Shown piece by piece: positions 1-8,824 of a stretch of 64,000 nucleotides of DNA. The notes below the pieces were generated by a model. The model had not been told where the DNA came from and did not search any database. It saw nothing but the letters and a program-made list of their open reading frames with translations. Within the stretch, counting starts at the first letter, position 1. Every line of letters starts with the position of its first letter. The stretch comes from Candidatus Brocadiia bacterium (GTDB lineage: Bacteria; Planctomycetota; Brocadiia; CAIUPP01). The position numbers and the translations under genes are program-made. The stretch covers positions 64,001 to 128,000 of the forward strand of contig JBEKCB010000005.1 of NCBI GenBank assembly GCA_050015075.1, given 5' to 3'.

Positions 1-727
1 TGCACTCGATCAGCGTGGGGCCGAGCCAGTCGCGCGCGCGCTGGACCGCCTGGCAGGCGAGATGGCGCACGCTGAGCAGGTCATTGCCGCTGCACGTGTG
101 GCCGGGCATTCCGTAGCCGGCGGCGCGCTCGGCGGCGTTCTCGACGGCCATCTGCTTGGCGACCGGGGTGGAATAGGCGAAGAAGTTGTTCTCGACCACG
201 ATGATCAGCGGCAGCCGGTGGACGCCGGCGAAGTTCAGCGCCTCGTGGAAATCGCCGGTGCTCGTGCCGCCCTCGCCGATGTAGGCGACGGCGACGCAGT
301 TCGTCCGCTTGAGCTTGAACGCCAGCGCGGCGCCGGCGGCGACCGGGATGGAGGAGCCGATCATGCTCGTCGAGCCGTAAACGCCCAGCGCCGGATCGCC
401 GCTGTGAAGGTAGTCCACCTTGCCGCCGGAGAGGCCGTCGCTCTTGCCGAGAATCTGGGCCATGAGCGCCTTCGGCGCGATACCGCGCGTGAGCGCCACG
501 CCGATGTCCCGATGGAGCGGGAAGACGGCGTCGCCTTCCCGCAGGTCGAAACTGGTGCCGACGGCGGTGGCTTCCTGCCCGATGCCGGAGAAGATGCCGC
601 CGAGCACCTTGCCCTGGCGGTAGAGGATCGCGAGCCGCTCCTCGAAGGCGCGGCTCAGGAGCATGCAATAGTAGAGATCGAGCAGCGTGTCGGGCGAAGT
701 GTCCGGCTTCGTGGCCGTCTTGGGCAC
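1..727 (-). CDS. ThDP-dependent 2-oxoacid/acetoin dehydrogenase E1 alpha subunit (3' end runs off the window)
   Basis: Hand translation from GTG at 727 (GGAGGAG SD upstream): MPKTATKPD...SRAFEERL...GIGQEA...HRD...GEGGTSTGDFHEALNFA...VVENN, a GDG-x-NN-like ThDP motif. Not in the ORF track because it is truncated. Confidence 0.9.
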   Translation of the reverse strand, partial: MPKTATKPDTSPDTLLDLYYCMLLSRAFEERLAILYRQGKVLGGIFSGIGQEATAVGTSFDLREGDAVFPLHRDIGVALTRGIAPKALMAQILGKSDGLSGGKVDYLHSGDPALGVYGSTSMIGSSIPVAAGAALAFKLKRTNCVAVAYIGEGGTSTGDFHEALNFAGVHRLPLIIVVENNFFAYSTPVAKQMAVENAAERAAGYGMPGHTCSGNDLLSVRHLACQAVQRARDWLGPTLIEC

Positions 728-745
728 GGCTGCTCCTCCGGTTCA

Positions 746-889
746 TTACTCGTCGGGCGCGACGCCCTCGTCGGGTCCGACCAGCGTCATCGGTTCGCCG
801 CAGCAGTAGAGCCTTCCGGGGCCGGTGCGCGTGACGCGGACTTCCTGCCCGCAGATTTCGCACCGGTAAAGTTCGCCTTCTTGCCCCAT
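746..889 (-). CDS. Desulforedoxin-like Fe(Cys)4 mini-protein, 47 aa
   Basis: Hand translation MGQEGELYRCEICGQEVRVTRTGPGRLYCCGEPMTLVGPDEGVAPDE: CxxC-x15-CC with YxCxxCG and CCGxxM, the desulforedoxin signature. Confidence 0.85.
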   Translation of the reverse strand: MGQEGELYRCEICGQEVRVTRTGPGRLYCCGEPMTLVGPDEGVAPDE

Positions 890-931
890 GACGCCCTCGC
901 TATCCGGGAAAAGGAATCGCCCGCGTCCATT

Positions 932-960
932 ATCCTATTGCCACGCGCCGGACATGTCAA
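932..960 (-). promoter_or_regulatory. Putative sigma70 promoter for the desulforedoxin-like/E1 alpha genes
   Basis: TTGACA-N17-TAGGAT on the minus strand. Confidence 0.6.
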
Positions 961-1019
961 CGGCGGAAGCGCATGCGCAAAGTGAAAAGCGCCCCCATTT
1001 GGACAAGAAAGATGGCATT

Positions 1020-1037
1020 GGACATTTATTAATGTCC
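1020..1037. promoter_or_regulatory. Candidate operator (perfect inverted repeat)
   Basis: GGACATT-TATT-AATGTCC in the AT-rich divergent intergenic region. Confidence 0.45.
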
Positions 1038-1123
1038 GCGAGGCTCGAATATCATACATAGTGTCAACGCCGGTGTGAGGATGCGTTGCACCCATTTGAT
1101 CCAGGGCGAAAGGAACGGCATTC

Positions 1124-2032
1124 ATGCCCGACTCACTGCAAGCTGCGGTCTTTTCAAGCGTTCGCTCCCTGCCGATGATGTCCAGCGCGGCGGTGAAAGT
1201 GCTCACGCTGCTCCGGGATCCGAACACGGATGCCGCGAGCTTCGAGCGAGCCATCCGGTACGACCCGAGCTTGACCGCCAACATTCTCAAGATGGCGAAC
1301 TCCGCGTACTTCGGATTCAACGGCAAAGTCGGTTCGATCCGGCAGGGCGTCGTCTTCCTGGGATGGAACCGCCTGTACCAACTGCTCGTGGCTTCGTCGG
1401 TCCATACCGTCATGGAACAGACGGTGGCCGGCTACGGTCTGCCCAAGGGCGAGTTGTGGCGGCATTCGGTGGCTACCGCGGTGGCCTCGGAGAATCTGAT
1501 GCGCCAGGCCGGCGCGCCCGTGATCGAGGAGAGCTTCACGGCGGCGCTGTTGCACGACGTCGGCAAGCTGGTCATTTCCGACTTCATCGTCGAGCGGCTC
1601 GGCCCGATCGAGGAGTTGATCCTGCAAGGAGTTCCGTTCGAGGCCGCCGAAAGGGAAGTCCTCGGCATAGACCACGCCGAGGCCGGCGCGCTGGTCCTGC
1701 GGAACTGGTCTTTCCCGGAGCCGCTGGTTCATGCCGTGCGCTGGCACCATTCGCCGGACGGCTCGGGTTCAACCTCGAAGGTCACGGACTTGGTTCACGT
1801 GGCGGATATTCTGTGCCTGAGGCTTGGCATCGGGCGGAGCAGAGATTACCTGAAGTTCAAAATCGAGGAAAGCTGCCTCCGCCGGCTGCGGCTGGAAGAC
1901 GAGGCCTTCGCGGCGACCACGGAGACCATCCAAAAGGACGCAGGGAACGTGCTGAAGTCGTTCAACCTCGACGGGCCCCAGGAAACGCAGACCGAAAACA
2001 AAGAAGTGCGAGTCACGAGTGATGAAGAATGA
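1124..2032 (+). CDS. HDOD-domain signal transduction protein
   Basis: DPSLTANILKMANSAYFG, LWRHSVATA, AALLHDVGKL, GIDHAEAG, WHHSP motifs. Confidence 0.9.
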   Translation: MPDSLQAAVFSSVRSLPMMSSAAVKVLTLLRDPNTDAASFERAIRYDPSLTANILKMANSAYFGFNGKVGSIRQGVVFLGWNRLYQLLVASSVHTVMEQTVAGYGLPKGELWRHSVATAVASENLMRQAGAPVIEESFTAALLHDVGKLVISDFIVERLGPIEELILQGVPFEAAEREVLGIDHAEAGALVLRNWSFPEPLVHAVRWHHSPDGSGSTSKVTDLVHVADILCLRLGIGRSRDYLKFKIEESCLRRLRLEDEAFAATTETIQKDAGNVLKSFNLDGPQETQTENKEVRVTSDEE

Positions 2033-2069
2033 AGCGCTTCTTCATTCGTCATTCGCACTTCGGACTTCC
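2003..2069. repeat. 7-bp-periodic palindromic element
   Basis: GAAGTGC GAGTCAC GAGTGAT GAAGAAT GAAG-CG-CTTC TTCATTC GTCATTC GCACTTC GGACTTC; contains the HDOD stop codon. Confidence 0.75.
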
Positions 2070-2071
2070 AG

Positions 2072-3130
2072 TCACGCCAGCAACTTGATCCGCGTGGAGA
2101 CGTAGTCGAGGCTGTCTTCCTTCAGCGGCACGCGGAAAAAGCCCGTGTCGCCGAGCGGTTCGGGCTGGTAGCCGTTGAAGTTGAAGTACTTCGTGGTCCG
2201 GCCCTGGTCGAACCAGAAGACCAGCGCGATGTTGCCGCCGGTGATCTCCAGCGCGGTGATGCCGCGCTTGCCCGTCGCGCAGCCGCTGTTGAACAGGCAC
2301 GGCACCAGCCGCCCCGAATCGTACAGGCTGCTGCGCGAACCGTTCTTCCGGTCCTTCGTGAGCGTGTACTGGAGATCCTGCTGGTACGCGCGGATCTTCT
2401 GCTCGAGGAATGCCTTCCCCGCCGCATCGGCCGCCGGGTAGCTGCGGCAGAGGCTTTCGATCTGGAACTTCAGGTAGTCAATCCGCGAGAGCGATTCAAA
2501 GAGCGGCCGGTGCGTATGGCCGATGACCGCCATGATCCGATGGCTCTTCGCGAACTCGTAAATGCGCTTCTCCGTCCGGTATTTCCGCGCTTCGTCATAC
2601 GCCACGCTGCCGTTGCGGATTCCGAGCGGCGAGCCGAGACGCGTGAAGAATCCGCAGAGCCGATTGAACCGGTCCGGCAGAAATCCCGCCTGGTGGCCGT
2701 GCAGGACAAGAATCTCCTGCTCCGCGAACCGCAGCCGCAGCGCCGGATACAGCGGCAACCGCTGAAAACTCGCGTTGCGCGCCGCAAGGTCGGCGTCGTG
2801 GTTGCCGACGATCTTGTAGAGCGCGGTCGCGCGCCGGAAAGAGTCGAAGAGCCGGTAGAGATCGCCGCACTGCTCCATCACCGCGCGCAGGGGGAACTTG
2901 TAGAGATCCTCGATATCGCCGTTCAGCACGAGCTTGAATCGGCGCTGGAGGTAGTGCTCGCGCAGGACGGCCCGGAAGAGCGCCGTGTTGTGGACGAATT
3001 CGTCGCGCGAGCTGCCGTCGCCGAGGTGCAGGTCGCTGAAGATCACGAACCGGTCGTCGCGCTCGCACGGGACGACGGCGGATTCGCGAAGCAGCCGGTC
3101 GAGCCTGCGCAAGGCATGTGCGTGCGTCAT
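2072..3130 (-). CDS. Calcineurin-like metallophosphoesterase (LpxH-like motif set)
   Basis: SDLHLGD, LNGDIED, GNHD, HGH, GHTH motifs; ATG at 3130 chosen. Confidence 0.85.
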   Translation of the reverse strand: MTHAHALRRLDRLLRESAVVPCERDDRFVIFSDLHLGDGSSRDEFVHNTALFRAVLREHYLQRRFKLVLNGDIEDLYKFPLRAVMEQCGDLYRLFDSFRRATALYKIVGNHDADLAARNASFQRLPLYPALRLRFAEQEILVLHGHQAGFLPDRFNRLCGFFTRLGSPLGIRNGSVAYDEARKYRTEKRIYEFAKSHRIMAVIGHTHRPLFESLSRIDYLKFQIESLCRSYPAADAAGKAFLEQKIRAYQQDLQYTLTKDRKNGSRSSLYDSGRLVPCLFNSGCATGKRGITALEITGGNIALVFWFDQGRTTKYFNFNGYQPEPLGDTGFFRVPLKEDSLDYVSTRIKLLA

Positions 3131-3345
3131 CGCCGCGCCCTCCGCCGGCCGCACGCGCTGGAAACCGGTCCTCCGCTTAGGTTTGTGCTTTGCCTCATCT
3201 ATCCTATTATCGCCTGTACGGGTTACCGCCGCGCGATGAGGAAGTTAGTTTCCGGTTCGCGCGAAGAAAGATGCCACGGGGTCGGCGTGATGCGTATCAG
3301 GTTGTGGCTACATGAGTTAGCGAAGACCTTGGGCTGGGCGGAACA

Positions 3346-4563
3346 TCACGGCTGGACGATTTCGTTGATCGCGAACGCGCCGAGTTTCGGCAGACGCGCG
3401 AAGGCGGATTCGGCGGCGCGGCGCCAGGCGCCGTTGGCGCGCTGGGCCAGGAGCCAGGCGCCGGCGGACTCGGCGCCGGGAAGATCGAGCGCGGCGGAGT
3501 TCTCGATGAGGTAGGCGCGGTTCTTGAACTCGTGCTTGCCGACCGGCGGCAGCAGGACTTGCGGGATACCGAGCGCGGCGTAGAAAACCAGTTCGCCCGG
3601 CTTGGTGATGAGCAGATCGCTCTCGCGCAGCGCCCGGTTGAAGAGCGCGAACGCTTCGAGGAGATCGGGCGAGTAGAGGATGGTTACGCCCTCGGCGTCA
3701 CGCGCGTTCAGGGCGGCCAGGTGCGATTCGATCTCCGCTTTGGCCTTGCGGTTGTCTCCGGCGGCGATGCGCAGCGTCAGCTTTCCGCTCCGCAGTTCCG
3801 GGAGCAGTTCGCGGATGAGCGTCTTGAGGAGATTGAGGTAGCAGCCCGCGCCGCTGAGCGCGAAGACCAGCCGCAGCGGCGAATCGCTCTGCGGCGACAG
3901 GCGTTCCAGCCGCGCGCGGACATCGGACTGCAGCACGTCCAGGTCCCTTCCGCCCGTGTTTGCGACGGGCAGCGGAAACCCGGTCACGGCGATCCGTTCG
4001 GGCATGACGCCGTACGAGATCAGCCGGTCGGCGCCCGCCGCGGTCGGGACCAGGTATGTCACGTCGCCGTCGTTCGGCTTGATCGGCGCCCAGACCCGGT
4101 GAAAATCCGCGTCGCACAGCAACTGGTAGTCTTTTCCGGGGAAGCGGTTATAGACGCATGCGAGGCCCGGCAGGAAGAACGTGTGCAGCCTCGGCGGACA
4201 CACTCGACCGGCGGGTTCGCCATCTGAAGGGCTTGCAAGCCGGCGCAGCCCGCGGCAGACTCCCGTCCGGACGAGAAAACGTATCAGCGTCGAATACTGC
4301 ATCGAGGCGCGTTTCGAATCGTCCGGGATGTCCTCGATCCGCTCCAGCACGCGGAACAGGAACCGCAGGCGCGTCTCCACCGTGCGCGAGACGACGTGGT
4401 ACAGGTCCTGCGACGATTTCCAGACCAGGATGTCCGCCAGATTCACGAACGGCGGCAGGTCCACGCGGACGAGCCGCCCGCGGCCCAGCCCGGCGACGTT
4501 ATCCGCCGCCCGGAGATGTCCGTAGCCCATCAGCACGGTAGTGATGTAAAACTCGGGGCTCAT
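3346..4563 (-). CDS. Putative GT-B-fold glycosyltransferase-like protein (MGDG synthase/GT28-like)
   Basis: N-terminal MGYGHLRAA, then VTGFPL, DLLITKPGEL, GKHEFKN. Confidence 0.6.
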   Translation of the reverse strand: MSPEFYITTVLMGYGHLRAADNVAGLGRGRLVRVDLPPFVNLADILVWKSSQDLYHVVSRTVETRLRFLFRVLERIEDIPDDSKRASMQYSTLIRFLVRTGVCRGLRRLASPSDGEPAGRVCPPRLHTFFLPGLACVYNRFPGKDYQLLCDADFHRVWAPIKPNDGDVTYLVPTAAGADRLISYGVMPERIAVTGFPLPVANTGGRDLDVLQSDVRARLERLSPQSDSPLRLVFALSGAGCYLNLLKTLIRELLPELRSGKLTLRIAAGDNRKAKAEIESHLAALNARDAEGVTILYSPDLLEAFALFNRALRESDLLITKPGELVFYAALGIPQVLLPPVGKHEFKNRAYLIENSAALDLPGAESAGAWLLAQRANGAWRRAAESAFARLPKLGAFAINEIVQP

Positions 4564-4759
4564 TTACGGCTTTGTTTATGCCAAAGAGAACGCCGAAGCG
4601 CAAGCTCGACGCAACGGCGCCGCCGTCGCAGCGCCATTTCAAAGCCGCAATGGCTGGCCATCCAGGTCCTACGACAAGCCGCTCCGAAGCCTCGACCCAA
4701 TCAGGCGCGCGAGGGGCGCGCGTGGGCGTATCATCTTCCAGAACAGCCGCAAAAAAGGC

Positions 4760-4787
4760 TTGACAGCAGGCATCTTGAGTTTAGAAT
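4760..4787 (+). promoter_or_regulatory. Putative sigma70 promoter for the DUF899-like gene
   Basis: TTGACA-N16-TAGAAT. Confidence 0.6.
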
Positions 4788-4923
4788 AAACTGCTGTGGG
4801 CAAATGGCACATAGGCCATGGGGCGGAACGGGGAAAACTGGCGCATTATATTTCCGTAATAACTCTCTCCTGAATGCCCCCGGAATAACCTATGGTGACG
4901 TAACGACAAGAAGGAGATGAACG

Positions 4924-5790
4924 ATGGCTGAAAGAATGAGAAAAACGAAGACCGACAACAGAATTGGAACACGTGAAGAGTGGCTTGCGGCACGGCTGAA
5001 ACTGCTCGAGGCGGAGAAGGATCTCACGCGCCGCAGCGACGAACTGGCGCGGCGGCGTCAGGAGCTGCCGTGGGTCCGGGTAGACAAGGAGTACCGATTC
5101 GAGACCGATGAAGGGAGCGCCTCGCTGGCAGACCTCTTCAGCGGGCGCTCGCAGCTCCTCGTCTACCACTTCATGTTCGGGCCCGACTACACGGCGGGGT
5201 GTCCGTCCTGCTCGGCGATCGCGGACGGGTTCAACGGGTTCGTCGTCCACCTGGCGAACCACGACGTCATGCTCACGGCGGTGTCGCGGGCGCCTCTCGC
5301 GAAACTGAAGGCGTTCAAGCGGCGGATGGGGTGGAGCTTCCCGTGGGCATCGTCGTTCGGGAGCGACTTCAACTTCGACTACAGCGTCGGGTTCACCGTG
5401 GAACAGCAGCGCGGGGGAGGTGTCGAATACAACTACCGGCGCGAGGCGGCGGAGCGTGTGCCGCTCGCAGGGAAGACCGTTCGAAAGTGGAAGCCGCGCG
5501 GCGGCCAGGGACCCGTCGCGCAGATCGCGGCCATGACCGGAACCGACATGGCCACGTACACGCGCGAGAGGCCGGGCATGAGCGCGTTCCTGCTCAAGCG
5601 CGGCGTCGTCTATCACACCTATTCCACCTATTCGCGCGGACTGGACGTCCTCTGGGGCATGTACCAGTGGCTCGACCGCGCACCCAAGGGGCGCAACGAG
5701 ACGGGCATCTGGTGGCGCCACCACGACGAATACAAGAAGTCTGCTCGAAATACCGGCTCGTGTTGCCACGCGGCGAAGCCGCGCGCGTGA
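4924..5790 (+). CDS. DUF899 family thioredoxin-like protein
   Basis: REEWLAAR, LPWVRVDKEY, LLVYHFMFGP, GCPSCS, YHTYSTYSRG, LDRAPKGRNE; AAGGAG SD. Confidence 0.88.
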   Translation: MAERMRKTKTDNRIGTREEWLAARLKLLEAEKDLTRRSDELARRRQELPWVRVDKEYRFETDEGSASLADLFSGRSQLLVYHFMFGPDYTAGCPSCSAIADGFNGFVVHLANHDVMLTAVSRAPLAKLKAFKRRMGWSFPWASSFGSDFNFDYSVGFTVEQQRGGGVEYNYRREAAERVPLAGKTVRKWKPRGGQGPVAQIAAMTGTDMATYTRERPGMSAFLLKRGVVYHTYSTYSRGLDVLWGMYQWLDRAPKGRNETGIWWRHHDEYKKSARNTGSCCHAAKPRA

Positions 5791-6080
5791 ACACTCGCCA
5801 CGGCCGCCAGACAGCGACGCGGGACCGCGACAACGCTCGTCGGTTCGCGTCGCCCTGGAGCCGTAGTGACGGGTAGTGCGAGGACATAAAACTTATTCTT
5901 TCTGCCTTTTCGTTCGGCGTTGAGGCTTCAACTGGTGCAGGATACGTCTGGCCCTCCAGGACTCAGACCGTCCGGCTCAATAGGCAAACACCGCGACCGC
6001 CGCAGAATCCGCGACGGAAGTGTCCTTGACTCTCCACAAGGCCGCGGATACCGACCTCGCCGCTTCGCGTCTTTGCCGGG

Positions 6081-6109
6081 TTGACAATCTCCGCCGGCTG
6101 GCTTACGTT
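6081..6109 (+). promoter_or_regulatory. Putative sigma70 promoter (predicts a leaderless mRNA)
   Basis: TTGACA-N17-TACGTT; ATG begins 7 nt after the -10 box. Confidence 0.6.
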
Positions 6110-6115
6110 GAACGC

Positions 6116-6892
6116 ATGGAACAGCTTCGGAAGCGCAAGGCGTTCATCTGCGATATGGACGGCGTGATCTACCACGGCCGGACTCTGCTGCAGGGCGCGG
6201 CGGAGTTCGTGAACTGGCTTCAGGAGAAGCGCAAGCAGTTCATCTTCCTGACGAATAATTCCTCGCGCTCGCCGAAGCAGTTGCGCGAGAAGATGGCCGG
6301 CCTCGGCCTGCGCGTGGCCGAGCACCACTTCATGACGTCGGCGATCGCGACGGCGAGTTTCCTCAGCGGCCAGTGCCCGAAAGGGCGCGCGTACGTCATC
6401 GGCGATGCGGGGCTGATCGAGGCGCTCGAAGAGGTCGGCTTTTCGCTCGACGACGCGCGGCCGGACTACGTGGTCGTCGGCGAGACGCGCAGCTACAATT
6501 ACGAGAAGATCGAGAGGGCGATCCGGCTGGTGCTCGGCGGCGCGAAGCTGATCGGGACGAATTACGACCTGACCGGCCCGACCGAGCACGGCATCGCGCC
6601 AGCCTGCCGCGCGCTGGTCGCGCCGATCGAGCTGGCGACCGGCCGCAAGGCGTACTACATCGGCAAGCCGAACCCGCTGATCATGCGCGCCTCGCTCAAG
6701 CGCCTGGACGCGCGGCGCGAGGATACGGCGATCATCGGAGACCGCATGGACACCGATATCGTCGCCGGGATCGAGGCGGAGATGGATACCGTGCTCGTCC
6801 TCACCGGCATCACGCGCCGCGAGGACCTGGTGATGTTCCCGTACAAGCCCGGCCACGTGCTCAACCACGTCGGCGAAATCTGCCGGGCGTAG
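6116..6892 (+). CDS. nagD: HAD-IIA (NagD-like) hydrolase
   Basis: DMDGVIY, FLTNNS, GKPNP, IGDRMDTDI, VLTG motifs. Confidence 0.88.
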   Translation: MEQLRKRKAFICDMDGVIYHGRTLLQGAAEFVNWLQEKRKQFIFLTNNSSRSPKQLREKMAGLGLRVAEHHFMTSAIATASFLSGQCPKGRAYVIGDAGLIEALEEVGFSLDDARPDYVVVGETRSYNYEKIERAIRLVLGGAKLIGTNYDLTGPTEHGIAPACRALVAPIELATGRKAYYIGKPNPLIMRASLKRLDARREDTAIIGDRMDTDIVAGIEAEMDTVLVLTGITRREDLVMFPYKPGHVLNHVGEICRA

Positions 6893-6927
6893 CGGAGATT
6901 GGCAGCGATGAAGAATGATTGCCGCGC

Positions 6928-7008
6928 GTCGTACGCGTTGTCGTCCTCGTCCTCGCACGGCCGTTCCGAACGACCGAGGACGAGGACGACGACGAGGACG
7001 AGGACGAT
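6928..7008. repeat. 6-bp-periodic palindromic element
   Basis: GTCGTCCTCGTCCTCG ... CGAGGACGAGGACGACGACGAGGACGAGGACGA, inverted arms of (GTCCTC)/(GAGGAC) units. Confidence 0.75.
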
Positions 7009-7050
7009 TGGCAGCGGCTTCGCTGCACCATGTTATTCTGGAAAAGGACA

Positions 7051-8151
7051 ATGATGTCGCCCCATGCCCAAACCGCCGCACGCCGCGCGCGGCTGATCCG
7101 CCTGATCCGGCGCGAGAAGCTCGACGCGCTGCTCGTGACGAACGTGCATAACGTCCGCTATCTCAGCGGGTTCCTCGGCGACGACAGCGCGCTGCTGGTG
7201 ACGCCGGGGCGAACGACTCTGCTGACGGATTCGCGATACGCCGAGCAGGCCGAGGCGGAAACGCGCGGGATCGGCATCGTCGTCCGCAGGAAGGGGATGA
7301 TGTCCGTCGCCGCCGCGGCCGCGCGGAAGGCCGGAGTGCGGACGCTCGGCGTCGAAGGGCGCACGATGACGATGGCCGATGCGGAGGAACTCCGCAAGGC
7401 GCTGCCGCAGGCCGAGGTCAGGCCGACACGCGGGATGGTGGAGCGGCTACGGATCATCAAGGATGCGTCGGAAATCGCCGCGATCTCGCGCGCGGCCGAG
7501 ATCGCCGACGAGGCGTTCCGCCTGACGCTGCCCCAAATCACGCCGGGCCAGACGGAGCGCAGACTGGCCCTGATCCTCGAACGGACGATGCAGGACCTCG
7601 GCGCGGATGAGCCGGCGTTCCCGACGATCGTCGCCGCCGGCGAGCGCAGTTCGCTGCCGCACGCGCGGCCGACCGACCGGCGCATCCGCCGAGGCGAGGC
7701 CGTGCTCTTCGACTGGGGCGCGCGCTGGAGGCTCTATGCTTCGGACTTGACACGCGTGGTTTTCTTGGATAGAATCCAAGACGATTTTCGACGGCGTTAC
7801 CGCCTGGTGCTGGCGGCGCAACGCCGTGCGCTGGCGCGCGTGCGGGTCGGTTGCAGCGCCGGCAAGCTGGACGCAGCGGCGCGGTCGTACTTGAAGGCCC
7901 ACCGGTGCGGCAAATACTTCGGCCATAGCTTGGGGCATGGAGTCGGTCTGGAAGTCCACGAAGCCCCGGGCATTTCACCCGGCCAGGACACTCGGCTGAA
8001 GGCCGGGATGGTCATCACGATAGAGCCGGGCGTCTACGTCCCGGGCCAGGGCGGCGTGCGGATCGAAGACCTTGTGCTCGTGACGCGAAACGGCCGCAGG
8101 ATCCTGACCGCGTCGCCGAAATGGCCGCCGACGGTCTTGCGCGGATCCTGA
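7051..8151 (+). CDS. Xaa-Pro aminopeptidase (M24B)
   Basis: Creatinase-like N-terminus (NVRYLSGF, TDSRY), LPHA, DWGA, SDLTR, HSLGHGVGLEVHE, TIEPG, RIED. Confidence 0.92.
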   Translation: MMSPHAQTAARRARLIRLIRREKLDALLVTNVHNVRYLSGFLGDDSALLVTPGRTTLLTDSRYAEQAEAETRGIGIVVRRKGMMSVAAAAARKAGVRTLGVEGRTMTMADAEELRKALPQAEVRPTRGMVERLRIIKDASEIAAISRAAEIADEAFRLTLPQITPGQTERRLALILERTMQDLGADEPAFPTIVAAGERSSLPHARPTDRRIRRGEAVLFDWGARWRLYASDLTRVVFLDRIQDDFRRRYRLVLAAQRRALARVRVGCSAGKLDAAARSYLKAHRCGKYFGHSLGHGVGLEVHEAPGISPGQDTRLKAGMVITIEPGVYVPGQGGVRIEDLVLVTRNGRRILTASPKWPPTVLRGS

Positions 8152-8185
8152 AACCACTTTTTCAAACTCAGAGAAAAATTGCCCG

Positions 8186-8746
8186 ATGATCTCAACCAAC
8201 GACATGCGTCCGGGACAGGCGATCATCTTCGAAGGCCGAATCTGCCTCATCACCCAATATGACCGCGTGAAGCCGGGCAAAGGCCCCACCTTCGTCCGCG
8301 CCATGCTCAAGGACATCACCACCGGCCAGGCGCTCGACAAAACCTGGCGCGGCGAGCAGAAGGTCGAGCTGGCCATCCTGGAGAAGCGCCCGCACCAGTA
8401 CCTCTACCGCCAGGGCGATGAGTTCCACTTCATGGACATGGAGAGCTACGACCAGGTGGCCCTCGGCCCGGACCAGGTTCCGCCGGAGATCGCGCGGTTC
8501 CTAAGGGAGAACATGGAGGTCGTCGTCACCTTCCACGGCCCGAAGGCGCTGAGCGTCGAGGTCCCGGCTTTCGTGAACCTGAAGGTGACCGAGACCGGGC
8601 CGGGCCTCCGCGGCGACACGGTCAGCGGCGCGAGCAAGCCGGCAACGCTGGAGACGGGCACGGTGATCCAGGTGCCGCTGTTCATCAACACAGGCGACGT
8701 GCTCAAGGTGGATACGCGCACGGGCACGTACGTCACGAGAGCATAG
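8186..8746 (+). CDS. efp: Elongation factor P
   Basis: KPGKG loop, FMDMESYDQ, KPATLETG, VPLFINTGD, DTRTG. Confidence 0.97.
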   Translation: MISTNDMRPGQAIIFEGRICLITQYDRVKPGKGPTFVRAMLKDITTGQALDKTWRGEQKVELAILEKRPHQYLYRQGDEFHFMDMESYDQVALGPDQVPPEIARFLRENMEVVVTFHGPKALSVEVPAFVNLKVTETGPGLRGDTVSGASKPATLETGTVIQVPLFINTGDVLKVDTRTGTYVTRA

Positions 8747-8824
8747 CGGTTCTCAGGGAGCGCAGGCTCCCGGCTGCGGTTGCCGGGAGAGGCTTCCGGT
8801 CTTTTGGAGGCGATGGAACGCGCT

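Noticed and set aside
6919-7050. Acidic N-terminal extension (EDEDDDEDEDD) of the aminopeptidase ORF
   Set aside because: It is the translation of the 6-mer palindrome; a better start with an AGGA SD lies at 7051
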